Below are positions 39,525 to 52,718 of a stretch of 64,000 nucleotides of DNA, one piece after another. Under the pieces are notes generated by a model. It saw only the letters and a list, made by a program, of their open reading frames with translations, did not search any database and was not told the origin of the DNA. The stretch lies in NCBI GenBank assembly GCA_964106645.2, contig OZ067045.1; one strand, given 5' to 3'. This stretch comes from Podarcis pityusensis (taxonomy: Eukaryota). Positions within the stretch are counted from its first letter, which is position 1. Each line of letters starts with the position of its first letter. A program made the translations under genes and the position numbers.

Positions 39525-40207
39525 TCAGCATCTAGCACTTTGCATTACTTCATGGAGGAGAGGGCTATCGAAGGCTACTAGCCAGGGCTTTTTTTCAGTC
39601 AGAGCTCATAGGAGCTCAGCTCTGGCACTTTCCAGGTGGGCGCTGTTGCCATTTGAAGACAACAAGGGAGAAGTTCATGGTGAGCTCCGGCTCCTCTTTT
39701 TCTGGAAAAATAGCAGTGCTGCTAGCCATGCAGGCTGTGCTCTGCCTCCACAGTTGGGATCACTTCTGAATACTTCTGAATATCAGCTGCTGGAAGCCAC
39801 AGGAGGGGAGAGGGCTCTTCCGCTTGGATCTTGCTTGTGGACTGCCTACACACATCTGGTTGGCCACTGTGAGAACAGGATGCTGGACTTGATGGGCCAT
39901 TGGCCTGAACCAAGAGGTTCTTCTTATATTCTTATTAAAATTGTCATATAACAGGTAGAAGAATCGTTAAGGGGTCTGTCAAGTTCCTCAGCAATTTTTC
40001 AGTGGTCCATGGGTGGGAATGAGAACTACTGGTCCTAGAGTATATGTAAATATGATATAAATTAGTGTATGGTTAAATAATACAGCAGCAGTGAGACTTC
40101 CTGGACTGGGGAAACCAGGTGTAGACAATATTGAATTACATGGACCAGTGGTCTGACTCAGTAGATAGCTGCTTCCTAAGTTCCATTGTTGGGCCCAGAA
40201 AGGTTTA

Positions 40208-40432
40208 CAGTGGTACCTCGGGTTAAGTACTTAATTCGTTCCGGAGGTCTGTTCTTAACCTGAAGCACCACTTTAACTAATGGGGACTCTCGCTGCTGCT
40301 GCGCCGCCGGAGCACGATTTCTCTTCTCATCCTGAAGCAAAGTTCTTAACCCGGGGTACTATTTCTGGGTTAGTGGAGTCTGTAACCTAAAGTGTATGTA
40401 ACCTGAAGCGTATGTAACCCGAGGTACCACTG
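40208..40432. mobile_element. Tc1/mariner MITE, same family
   Basis: Same TIRs, TA TSD. Confidence 0.9.
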
Positions 40433-43400
40433 TACTTGTAGATTGCACAAAAATAAGAACTGTCTACCTTTTGTTTTGGACACGCACATCTTCTGCATAC
40501 TTCACCTGAGGTGGTTTTGCTTTGCTCTCCACAACAAGAATGGTCGAGGCAATCTCGTTGCAGAGACAGAGCTATGGGGTGGGATTTCCCAACCTCAAGT
40601 GAAGACTGAATGGAAGAAGGTCAGGCAGCGACTCGTGCAGAGATATGGCAGGCAGCCTCCCCTGAGAGCAAGTCATCAAGCTGTACCTTTTGCATCGGCA
40701 ATGAATGATCAGTCCATTTCCATCTGATACAGAGGGTGTAATTGCTCAGTCCCAGCAGAGGCTGACTGGAAGACAGCAGGCCCAGGAGCACTGACTCTGT
40801 CAGAGACAGAAGGTGCAAATTTACTTAATTAGTAATTTGAATTCTCCCACCATCCAGTTTGAGAATTACTGGGGCTCAGTAATAGTGCAGTTTGCAAGGG
40901 TTCCTCTGCTTGCTCGATTGCTGCCGCCCCCCTAGGGTCTGGCCCAGCAATTTGGGATCTCCTGATTCGCATTCTGCTCTGCCTAACATCTGAAAAGGGA
41001 AGGAGGAGAAGCCTAAAGTGGGAAGAAAAAACCTTCTTGTGGTGAGTCTTTACCACTAAAAGGGAATAGGTTCCCCACAGATGGTTACTATTCTGACAAT
41101 TTATCCACTTCTTAAAGATCAAAAAGGCCTAGCAGAATAGATCTTGTTTATTGAGATTGCTAGCTTAAGTCCCTATTTCCCCTGCCCCTTTTCTATGTAG
41201 CTTGGCTCACTTGCATTCATCATCTTAGTTTGCTGTATAAGCACCATTTTGGGGTACTCTGGATATCTTCATATAGCACAGCATAGTAGGTTGGTGGTCA
41301 GAGGCAGAATTTACAATGGCCTGCTGAGATGGGAAGTTCTGGCAACTGCACATAGGTTGAGTCTCTCTCTGGCTTCTGGAGAGTGGCAAAACCTATTTCA
41401 CCCGTATCTGGCAGCTTTCATCCATGTTTCTCCCTGGTTCGCTGCTTCCTGTTTGTAAATTACTGCATTTTGTGGCTTTAAAAATTGCAGAAGGTTTAGT
41501 GCTCTGTTATTACGAATGCAAGCCACCTTGAAAGCAGGGTCGCGGATTTAAAAACTACTAACAAAAATATACGCAAGCAGGGGGCATCTGTTTTTCTTTC
41601 TGAGTGCTGCACTCTTAGGACTCTGCAATTAAAAAAACCCAAACAATTTATGGGATAGGTGCAGGCTGGAGCACTTCTACTTTTCAATGTGTTTGTGAGT
41701 AGTGATGAGGAAAAGGCCTCAAGAGGCCATGGAGATGCCCTAATTTCGAATTCTGCTCCACAGCCAATCTTCGTGGGGTGCTGCTTGCTTATGAAAGGTC
41801 TGAGTGGGCCTATGGTTGCCAACTGACCAGGAAAAACTAGCCTTGCCTGATCCTGCGCCTTCAGCAACAGCTTGATCTGCAGAAATTAGCAGGTGATGCT
41901 CAGCATTATCACTTGCTGCTGTCCAAGGATCAATCTGTTGTTCAAGGCCCAGGAGCAGAGGATGGTAATGGAGCTGGCATCCCTGTCACCAGGTTATTCT
42001 TCCTATTCATGCCAGCTGGTCCAGACTTTGGCAGGTGTCGCTGTAGCTTCGCCATCTTTCTTAAAAGTGCCAGAGCAAACGCTCCAGCTTCTCTCCATCA
42101 TGCGTAACCTTTTGCTTGCTCTGGTGTCTGCTGTATAGACTATCACATTTCCCTGTCTGGCTGTTTAGTTAGTTTGGGCCAATTTAATCTCCCCTCATAA
42201 CTCAGGCCTTGCAGCCCTTCTGATGTGTGAAGTGCCTTCCCTTCATCTCTGCCTTTCTGCTCCATTGCCCAGTTCAATTTGGTCGCTCCTTGCCCTCCTC
42301 ATCCTCCTTGCTTGTCTCAGCATAAGTGTACACTCTTGTTAACCTTTCTCCTCCGCTCCGCGAGGATAAGATCGCGGCCTGGAAGTTTCCCTCCTCTTCC
42401 TTTATAGGGTTGCCTGCTCAAGGTATCCTGACAAACAGTTTCCTGCATTTCCTTTCCTTCTGACCCCACTGTTTGCACCCACACCCACACCCACACCCAC
42501 ACCCCCACCCCCACACACACACCCTGTGTATACACACGTGTAACTGGGGCTGGGAGAGAAATCCAGTTCAGTTCATGCTTAAATGCAAGCCAGCTTAATT
42601 CACAGCATGCAAAATGAAACACAGGCATCCACTGAAATTCGTACGTCTTTGAATTTTGCAGGTCTCCAGGTAAGTCACATGTACAGAAATGCATATAGTA
42701 GGGGGAAGTCTGCATAAAAGCATATGCATTCATTAATATACTCCAAAAAAGCCTTAAATCAGGGGAAAATTTCTTAGCTATGTGGTCAAGAATATGTGCC
42801 ACCACTGCTCTTGATTTCTCAGGTTGGAGGATGACTTCAGATTTTAAACTTTAAAACTGGATGTAAAGTGATGCCAAGACAACTCAGCTCATCTCTTAAG
42901 CCAGAGGTTTCAAGTGTACCTACTCAGCCTGCTGCTCAGGTGTTAACTCTCAATGGGCAATTCCAAGGTCCCCGCTTCTCTTTATTCATACGGTTCCTTA
43001 CCTTTCAACTGATCTTGGATCCGATAGACCTTCCAGTAGAGGAATGTCCTCTGTCAGGTGGGACACATGGCCACCCTGCTTCCACAAGTCTGCCCTGCTC
43101 TCCTTTCCCAGCAATCTGCACCTCTTAATTGAATTTTGAATAAGAAGTGCTAATGGCTCCATCCATCTTTTCTGCCTTGACAAACTGCCCACAATGGATG
43201 AGGGCCAGCAGTTCTAACTGGTCTCCCACCTACTTTTGTCTTATTGTTATATCCCAGTTTGTCGAAAGATTCATAGTGCCAGGTTAGGAATATAACATGT
43301 GTATGTATGGGAGAGCATCTGGGTGCTCTGGAGCTTGGGAACTCATTCCGTGAACGTGAGCTCATTGGAAGCACCAAGAAATCTTGGCCTTGTTTGCTTG

Positions 43401-43822
43401 TCACTTCAAACCATAGTTATTTTGGCACTACAGGCAAACAACAAGGGAATAAGCAGTAAGTGAAGGTCTGCATCATGAACGGGGGGGGGGGGGGATAAAA
43501 ATCTGCATTGGGATCTGTTGCTCTATGGATCCTGCCACCTGAGGCAGTTGCCTTTCCTTGCCCTGTGAATGGGCCGGCCCTGAGTTATGCCAGCATTAGG
43601 CTAAGCTAGTTTCCAAACCCAGAACCATGGTTTGTCTCTCTCCAAACAAACCATGAGCAGTAAGCCAAGAACAGCTTGTGGTTGGTTTGGAGAGAGACAA
43701 ACTACGATCCCAGCTAAACCATGGCTTAGGTTTGCATAGTGTAGCAATACATCAGGAATGGAGGAAGATTTTTTTCTCTGTGCACCAGCATCTGGTGTGT
43801 TCACCTTTATACCATAGTTAAG

Positions 43823-44212
43823 ACCAGGGATGTGGGTGGCGCTGTGGTCTAAACCACTGAGCTTCTTGGGCTTGCTTATCAGAAGGTTGGCAGTTCGAAT
43901 CCCTGCGATGGGGCGAGCTTCCATTGCTCTGTCCCAGTTCCTGCCAACTTAGCAGTTCAAAAGCACACCAGTGCAAGTAGATAAATAGGTAGTGCTGCGG
44001 TGGGAAGGTAAATGGCGTTTCCATGCGCTCTGGTTTCTGTCACAGTGTCCCATTGCACCAGAAGCAGTTTAGTCAAGCTGGCCACATGACCCGGAAAAGC
44101 TGTCTGTGGACAAACGCCAGCTCCCTCGGCCTGAAAGCGAGATGAGCGCCGCAACCCCATAGTCACCTTTGACTGGACTTAACCATCCAGGGGTCCTTTA
44201 CCTTTTACTTTT
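43823..44212 (+). mobile_element. Sauria SINE
   Basis: Same body and tail. 13-bp TSD TACCATAGTTAAG (43810-43822, 44213-44225). Confidence 0.9.
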
Positions 44213-44831
44213 TACCATAGTTAAGCGTAACTGTGGTTTAGAGTGATGTTTGAGCTAGTCCTGGTGATTTGGTGGTGCAAGTCAGTGTTGGAGTTTAAAC
44301 ATGTAATATTTCCCGCTTCTGAGCTGTATTTATTTAGCTCTTATATCTTAGTAGGTTTGTGTATACTGTTCTTGGGTGGTTATTTTATATTTGTCCACAG
44401 TCTCCTGGACTAGGCAACCTGCTGCTACTGTTTTTTTTAAAGTGTAAAAATGTGTTTTGTTTTGAACCATAGGTGCAACATCCTTGACTGAGGACTTACC
44501 CCCAGTCACCTGGTATAAGGTAAGGCAGTACTTTCCAGACCGTACATCTGAGCACATAATTGCTTCCCTTCCAAGCTGCAATAACAGTTTAACAACCAAG
44601 AGGAAGAGCTTTTACTGCTGAAGCATTAAATGTTTTTTGCCTAATGATTGAAAATAGTAAAATCCTAGCCTCTGATGGTTAAGGCAGCATTAAAGGGGAA
44701 TAATAAGGGCTGGCATTTAGACAGGGCCTTTCATCTTAGAGGATCAGTTGTAACCTACATATAGATGGAGGGGCTTTTGTCCATTCATTTAGGGCCAGCG
44801 TCTCCGGTGGAGTTTTGTCCCAAGTGCCAAG

Positions 44832-44845
44832 CCACTAGGGGGCGC
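44832..44845 (+). promoter_or_regulatory. Candidate CTCF site
   Basis: CCACTAGGGGGCGC matches the CTCF core CCASYAGRKGGCRS at all positions; about 2.3 kb upstream of the CpG island. Confidence 0.6.
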
Positions 44846-45372
44846 AACACAACCATTCAGGGTCACAAACACAAATATCACACCTCCTTTCTGTAATAGG
44901 GGGTAATTTAGTGGCTACCTGCAGAATAGTCCCAGTGGTGCAGCTAGATGGTTTTTCAAGTCTGGACTTAATGGTCTTAGAGGGGGCACTTACCCAGCAC
45001 TCCACTTCTGCTTCACTTTAAGGACAGGTGTCTGCCCCACTCCACTTCTAGTGTGGGTTTATGGCAAAATTGGTGCACATGTTTTGTAGAATTTGCTACC
45101 TGCTTAGATTGTAACTTTGCTGTCCGAGGCAGCATATCACTCCTGTTTCATAAAATATACCAGGCGTTCTTTATTCCTCTGCTTGAGAGCTTCTTGTGGT
45201 CATAAGGTTAAGGGTTAACACACATCTATAACAGGCACATGTTATAACTCCAGCAAAAAGATCCTAAAACCTCTTGGCAGTGTGTATATGAACATACAGG
45301 AGTGCTGGCTGCACACCTGTGAGTCCAGGTGCACACTGGTAACAATGGAAGATGGCACAACCTTCCCCTAAT

Positions 45373-45616
45373 ACCCAAACCAATGGAACAAGAAAGGAGA
45401 TTCTATTGAACATCATGAAGAACTTTCTGACAGTACACGCTGTTTGACAGCGGAACGAGCTCCTTTGGGATGTTGTAGACTCTCCTTCATTGAAGGTTTT
45501 AAATCAGAGGTTGGATGGCCATCAGTCATGGATGCTCTAGCTGAGATTCTTGCATTACAGAGGGTTGGACTAGATGACCCTTGGGGGTCCCTTCTGACTC
45601 TAAGATTTTATGATTC
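45373..45616 (+). mobile_element. CR1 3' fragment
   Basis: Matches 24710-24944; ends GATTTTATGATTC. Confidence 0.85.
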
Positions 45617-47089
45617 CTTTTCATTCTGCTGATTGCAGCCCTGGGCCATCTGCCCTAAGCTCTTGCCCTGACAATACCTTTCTCCCCAGTGCTCCAGACA
45701 CAGAAACCAAACAGTCAGGTCAAGATGAACCTTTTTGGTTCAGGCCTCTGCAGAATGTACCCTTCTATTTGACCAAAGAGAAAATGAAAAGTGAATGTTA
45801 ATGTATTGCATTGTTTAATTGAATGGAGCTGTTTGTGACCCACCCTGGGACTGCATGGTGAAGAGAGGGTCATAAACACCAATAAATATTTATTTTAGAT
45901 AGTTTATATTCCCACTCATCCGCAGTAAACACCAATCAAGAGCAATATCATTCAAAGCGGCTTGTAACATTTTAAAAGAATAAAATGCCCTAACCAAGGA
46001 TGCAACAATATTATATTTTAACCGCTGTGTGGGGCACAATTAAGCTTTCTGTTGTGGCCTCAGTCAGCGAAATTTGAGCTGGCACTGGTAAAGAGATCTC
46101 TGATATTTTAAAAAAGAGAAAAGGAAAGATGGGATCTGAAAATCTGTCCTGTGTGCAGAGACACGGATGTATACATTTAAAGCACATATGAAGCATGCAC
46201 ACACACCCCAAGAATCATGGGAATTGCAGTTTCTTCGGGGTGCTGGGAACTCTGAGTTGTAAGCTAAGTTCCCATTATTACTTGGAGGAAGTGAGATGAG
46301 TTGAATTGTGTGCATCCCAGCCACACTTTAGGGTGCAGGAAGCTGACCTTGAGAGGGCAGAACTCCTTTCACGCTCCAAGGCAGATGTACCTGCTACAGC
46401 TTCTTCTCATTTTGAAGGATCCTGGATCAAATGCGAGAACTGCTTTTCGCTTTCTCATCGGTCAAATGGAAGGGTATAACTTTGCTCTCAGTTCTGTCTG
46501 TAGATTGCTTAATGGAGCTGCGGATTGTTAAGAGCGGCCCACCAAATGTGCCGTGGATGTGATTAGTAGATACCGAGTTTCCTTCCATTGAAATACAACA
46601 CAATACATTTTGAATGGTTGGTATGGAGCGGTGATGTGAATGCACGGGGAAAAAAAGCCATTAGCTTTGCATTTTGGCAGAAAAAATGATTTTCTTTTAA
46701 AGACGCCTCACCAAGAATTACACATTCTGTAATAATGAAAAGGCTGTTTGCAGGAGCTGTTTCCTTTGCATAATGCGCATATGTATAATACATATGCTTT
46801 TCAGTGCATATTTCACAATTCCTCACAGCATTAATGCTTGCATATTTTAGGGGGCTCAATTCTTTACCAATCTTGCGACTGGAAATAACTTACAGTAATA
46901 ACATGATTACTGCTTTAATAATTTTGTTACGTTCACCGTAAGAGGATTACTATTTTGGTTTGTGGTTTTTTTCTCTCTTCAATTCGCTGGCAGCTTTGGG
47001 GTGGCGCGGGGCTACAGAACACTGTGCATAACAAAGAATAAATATTTTTTTTTTTTGCATTTCATTTCATTTTTTTATTTTTTATTTGC

Positions 47090-48470
47090 AAAGGAGCGTT
47101 TGCTGCCCTGGACGGCCCCAACCTTCCTCTCTGCCGGGTGCTGATGAACTTCAGGGGGAGAGCAGGAGCCGCGCTTGTTGTTTTTCCTGGAGTGGGCGGT
47201 GCCAAGAGGCGGCGCCGCCCCTTCCCCGGAAAGCCCCTCCTCCCCGCTCTCCCTCCCTCCCTCTCCCGCATGGGAGTTGTAAACAGTTGCCTCCCCCTTC
47301 TCTGGGCAGGCCCCGCCCCCTGCCGCCGCGGGCCGGCCCCCCTCGCCGCATCTCATTAGCATAGATTAACGCTGGGGGAGCTCGAGTGCAGGTGCAGAGC
47401 CGGCGAGAGGGAGAAAGAGAGAGAGAGAAAGAGACCGGAGGGGAAGCGGCAGGATGCGATCGGCAGGGAGCGGCGGCGGCAGGCACTCGCCTTTGGTGGC
47501 CGCGGCTGGGATTTTACTGCTGTGCGTTGCTGGCAGAGGTAAGCGCGGAGGAGACGCGGAGATCGGCGCGGGGGGGGGGAGCAGTCTACCCCCCTTCTAT
47601 CTCTCTCTCCCTCCACACCCCCCCGGCTGCTTCTTTATCCCACCCCCTCCCGGGCTGCTGTGGGCGATTCTGCTCTGGCATTGCCCGCTTGTCCTCTACG
47701 CGTTGGAAGCGCTCCTGCAGCGAGCGAGGAAGGAAAGCGCCGGCTGCGCGCAAAGGAGGAACCGCGGAGAGCGCGGGGCAGCAGGGCGGGGGCGAGGAGA
47801 GGAGAGGAGAGGAGAGGAGGAGAGACCCCCGCTGCCTGCGCACGGACCCACCGGGTCATCCCCGGCCCGCTTGGGGGGCTGCCCTCCGGGCGCCGGTCTC
47901 TCTTACCCCTCCCTGCAGCCTTCCCGGGCTGCCCCGTGCCGCGACTCCGAGGGGTGAAGCTGGCAGGCAAGGCGGGCAGCTGCCGGTTCTTCTTTCACCA
48001 TAGGGGGGGCCGCTTCCCGGAGGGACCGCGGCCCTGGCGGAGGGAAGGAGGGAGGGCAACCTCTGCGCACTGTAGGGTTTCAACTCCCCCCCCCCTCCGC
48101 CTTCGCAACCCGCATTGTGTGACCCTAATATTCGCCGCGGCTGCTGCAGCAAAGGGGTGTGTAGATAGGGGGAAACAATGGCATGGTTCCCACCCGCCCC
48201 CTTTTTCTTGTCACTGCAGTGGTGGTGGTGGTTGCCGGGCTTTGTTAGAGGGCGCTTTTTGTGTGTGCCCCCCCACTTTATCCTTCGACCTGTGGGCACA
48301 TCGGGGCACCCCCTTTTCTGCATGCTCTCTCCCTCGTAGTACCTTTCTTCTTCTCCTTTTTTTTTTTAGCTGGGTGTCGCCTAGGGCAAAGGCTGTGCCC
48401 TGGAAGGTTAGGCACCGGTGCCCCGTCAACTTCAAAATTGGATTGCAGGGAGGTGGGGGGCGAGACCTGC
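47090..48470 (+). promoter_or_regulatory. CpG island / promoter of the signal-peptide gene
   Basis: Sharp rise in GC and CpG density. Contains GC box CCCCGCCCCC (47311-47320), forkhead motif TGTAAACA (47278-47285), ATCTCATTAGCAT (47350-47362) and a GA-rich putative 5' UTR. Confidence 0.85.
47454..47538 (+). CDS. First coding exon of an unidentified secreted or cell-surface protein gene (signal peptide MRSAGSGGGRHSPLVAAAGILLLCVAGR|G)
   Basis: ATG at 47454 (A at -3) inside a CpG island. Basic N-region followed by hydrophobic core LVAAAGILLLCVA. Ends at strong donor AGAG|GTAAGC (GT at 47539). 85 nt = 28 codons + 1, the phase-1 boundary typical of signal-peptide exons. No downstream exon recognised in the window. 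Confidence 0.75.
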
Positions 48471-51400
48471 CTGCTTATGTCTTTGGGTGGGGTGGGATCC
48501 TTGCAGTTCCTTGACCTTTCTCTATCCCCACCCCACCCCACCAACCGTGCAAAATAGTACATTTTCAAGCCCAGTGTCAGGAAAGGTTCCAGTTCCTTAC
48601 ATTGCCATTCTTGTGGCTTCGTTTTCGGCTTTTGCGTGCGTGTATTTACATTTTCGGTTGGTCTAACTTTTTAATCCCCTCCCCACCGGAGATCGCAGTT
48701 CTAAAAAAAGGGTATTCAGATAGCTACATCATCTCTTCTCCGCTCCCGCCCGCTTCCCACCTTCCTCCTCTTACTCTCTCCCTCTCATCCTTCCATCCCA
48801 GCCTGTGCCTTGAGTTTGTAGAATAGAATATAAAACTGCCTGGCTGTATTCCCGTCGACCTCGGAGCGAATCCACATCCCTCCCTGCTTTTCTTTCATTG
48901 ATTCATTCTCTCTCTCTCTCTCTCTGCTGAGAATCAAGATGGGCTGACAGTTGGCCTCGTCTCTATGCAAATCTTTCAAATTTTGTTTTGATGCGGGGGG
49001 GGGGGGTGGAATTGCAGGAACGTGCACAAGTAAAAATGGCGGTCTCCAAACCCCCCACTCCTCAGTTTTCCAAATCCTGGGTATCCTTCAGTTCCCTTCT
49101 GATGCAGTTAGTGTTGGGGTGGCAGTGGGTGGGTGAGTGGCAGGAAGTGACTGGAAAGAGAACAAAGCCGTTCCGAATAGGATTTAGCCTTACCAAGAGG
49201 AAACAAAGAAGAAACAAACTAAGTACCGTTTGGTCCCTTTGATAGACCAGCTAGGCTGAAACTAAAAAGACAGAATCTGAGCAGGCTGGCATTCCATGGA
49301 CTCCCGAAGCTCAACTGGCTTCTGGATCCAGTTTTGTGTGTGTGAGGGAGGAAATGAGCTTCTGCCGCTGCCTCCCACCTTGACATGGGCAGAATTCCTT
49401 GAGAAGGTCAAAATTCCAAGTCTCCTTTTGCGGCTCACTGAGGAGGGCAGAGTGCTGAACTTTACTTGCCAGCGGCTGGCACCTCCATCAATCAGCCTCT
49501 CTTTGGAGAGGTCAGTCTGTGGATGCTCAGGCAAAAGTTCCAGCATGGCTCCCAGCCTGCAGGCCTGTCAGGTGTGCATCTCCCTAGTGGCGTTGTGTGA
49601 TCCTTCCGTGCAAGCTGTCCACCTCTCCGTCCTTCACTGCTCAAGGATGCAATTATAAGGCAGGCGAGTGAAGGTTTGGGATGATGAATTAAGCGTGGCG
49701 TTGTGCACATGGGGCTTTCTTTGTGTGGGCCTGCATGAGTGCCATTTCCATGCCTTTCATCTTTGCTTCTCTGAGCTGGTCCTCTGTACACTTTCCCTAT
49801 TGGGAAATGCTTCTTCCACTGCTCCCCCCCCAGAGACCCCCCTCCTATCAAACTAAATTGGTTTATTTCATCATCATGTGAAGCCAGGGAGACAGGTTGT
49901 AATGATGAAGGACTTGGAATAAATGGGCACCCAGTCATCCTGGCTCAATCACATCACAAAGCACTTAAAAAATAAAATAAACTTCCTGCATTTATAATCC
50001 CACTTTTCCTCTAAGGGGCTCAAGGCCGCATGCTTGATTTCCCCTGACTCCATTTTATCTTCACCACAGCCCTGTGAGGTAGGTTTGGTTGAGAGATTGC
50101 AACTGTGATGCCAGCATCAATTAGGGAGCTTTGTGTCTAAGTGGGAATTTGAACCTGGGTCCGGCCTGGTCCTAGTCTAACCACCACATCGTAATGACAT
50201 CCTCTCCTTTTCCTCCAACTGATGCTGGCTCCTGCGTTTGTCCTAACGGACTACAAAATACAAAGATAGCAAAGAGACCCAACTTTACTTGATCAGCTAG
50301 GTTGGTGTGTGCAAGCTTTTGAATTGCACAAAACTCTTCATCAAACAGATTCTTTTCTTAGTGGGGACAAGCATTCCTGGATGATAATGCCTTTCCTTGG
50401 AAGTAAATGCAGGACATGTATACAATTGGTTTTTTCTCAGAGTTAAACATCTGGGACCATCACTGTATACATATGGTTCAGGGTTGTATGGAGCAAGCCC
50501 TTCTTTTGAAACCCAGAATTCTGGGTTGAATTCAAAATGCCAAATGCAGGGTGTCCCCCCCCCCCTTTTCTTTTCTGGAACTCTTGTTATTGTTTTTGCA
50601 ACCAGTGACACTGGGGGTTTCCAGTTCAGCACTAGATTGGTTTTCAGTTTTGGTTTTGTTCCCTCCTGCCTTTTAGAGAGCCCGGAAGCTTGTTCACTTT
50701 GCCAGCTCTTCCAGGCTTGGCCAGGTTTCACTGGGGGCTGAAAAGTGTGTGTGTGTGTGTGTGTGTGTGTGCAGCTCAAAATAAAGTTGGGGTTACTTCC
50801 TCTTGCCCTCTCCCTAACTGCGTCCAAAAAGCAGGGCGGGCAGGGAAGGAAGCCATTCTAGCAACAGGAGAAAAACAACAACCCCACAACCCACAACTTT
50901 TGAGGTGTAGAAGGACGTTTGAAAGGCAAAAGCTCTGGCTGCTAAATGAAAGGGTTTGCTCAGCTGAGAGGCGAGATGCTTTTAGAGTTGGAAGACTAGG
51001 AGGCTGGCGGGAGTGGGGGTGGGTAGTTTTCATCCAGCAGGGGAAGGAATCGAAGAAAGTGATAGGGAGCAGAGAGCCAGGAGGGCTGAGGATCCGGGGT
51101 TGCTTTTAAAAATGGGGGAGTGGGGATGGGAGCCAGCCTTGACTTTAATTTTTGTGACTTTGCAATGAACTCGCTTCCTTCCCTTATCGGAGCCAGCAGG
51201 TCCATGCAGTGGGTAATTGCATTCCACTTTAATCAATAGCTGGAGTAAATCTACTTTCTAGGTCACTGAGGGAGGGGTGGGGGTGTATGTGTGTTTCTAC
51301 TCCCTGTTGCCCCCCTCCTCATTTCCCTACTTCTGTCATCATGCAAGCAGCTGTTTCTTACAAGGGGTGTGCGTGTTAAAAATAAGGTTGCCAGATGAAA

Positions 51401-52718
51401 ACGCCCCCAAATTGGGTACCTGCACCAGCAGTGGCTGTGTAGAACTTCTCCTGTCCGAAACAGGATATGCTTTTGCTTTTTAAAAAAGATGTATTGCGTT
51501 GCGCACCTGCTTAGACGTCACAGCCTTTGACCGGGATGCCCCTCCCTGGAACTCTAGTGTCAGGCAAAAGAACTCTGCATATGCTCAAATGCCGTCTTTT
51601 CCCTGTAGATACCTGGCCTGGCAACCAGCTCTGGGTTTCTACCCTTCTTTTTGCGAAGTTGGATTCCCTCCCTGCCCCCCCTTTCCTAGGAAGAAGGGAC
51701 TGTCTCTTAAATAAAAGCACTCTGGCAGCCTGGCTTGTCAGATGAACATTTCTGAAATAAAGGGCTCTCTGGAATAATGGAGTTTGAAGTAAAGGACGGC
51801 AATTATTTTCTATGAAGCTCTGATATTTAACGAGGGTGGGGGAGGAACAAAGCAACATCCTGAAAATCGTAGAGGTTTTATGAGGTTCTGGAGTGCTAGG
51901 CAGTAGCTCAAAACCAACGTTGCCCGTTCAAAATGTGGAATACTGTAGTGATGTGGGGTTTTGAAACAAAGGGCCACCCATTCCCCTTCTGTGGAACATC
52001 AAGGCTCTGGGAGGAACGGGAACCTCTGTTGTGCTCTGCAGTGTTGCAAAGTGAACTAAGGGACACTTCTCAAAATGGGGTGGGCGTCTGACAGCTCTGT
52101 ATGATTAGCAGCCTTGTTGTTCCTGGTGGGGGGGGGAGTCAGATTTCTCTCCCCCCATTTCCCACAGTTGGTGACTAAGGTGCACACTAAAGCACCCATT
52201 CAGTTTCTGAGACAGCCCCCCCCCCCCCAAATCATGAATGCACAGTCCTAAAATTGCATCCAAGGGAAGCTATGCGCGGGCACTCTGGCAACTGGGCCCT
52301 TTTATGCAAATGTGCTTACAAAACACTTGCTCTGCTTTGATGCCAGAATTAATTGTCGGGAGGACTTTAAAGAAACATCATTTCTTAATGCACAAAATAG
52401 CTGCTGTGGTGCGACTGGGACTCTGGGTGGCTTCTGTTTTCCTGTTTTTTTTTTAATAGCGTTCCAGTTTCTCCCTCCTCTCTTCTGCTTGCTCTCCATT
52501 GCTGTTTTGGGTGTTTAGCAAGGGTTGAATAGCGGGAGAGAAGCGCCTCTCCGTCTGTGCCAGGTTTTGTGATGGCTCAAACCCGGAGCTAGTTCTCAGT
52601 GACAGGGCTCACTTTCTGTCGCATGCAAAGCAAAACATAGATGCCTCTGTGCATGCACAGACTGCATCCCGCCCCCTGCTCTTTGCTTACGTTTATTATT
52701 GTAGGCTAAATGTGAAAT

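Noticed and set aside
47120-47146. RE1 site in the promoter (TCAGCACCCGGCAGAG, minus strand)
   Set aside because: Only the left half-site matches; the right half and spacing are non-canonical.
47075-48568. Many long overlapping ORFs (up to 284 aa) on both strands
   Set aside because: Expected from stop-codon depletion in a GC-rich island. Low-complexity R/G/P/A composition, and they run through the splice donor.
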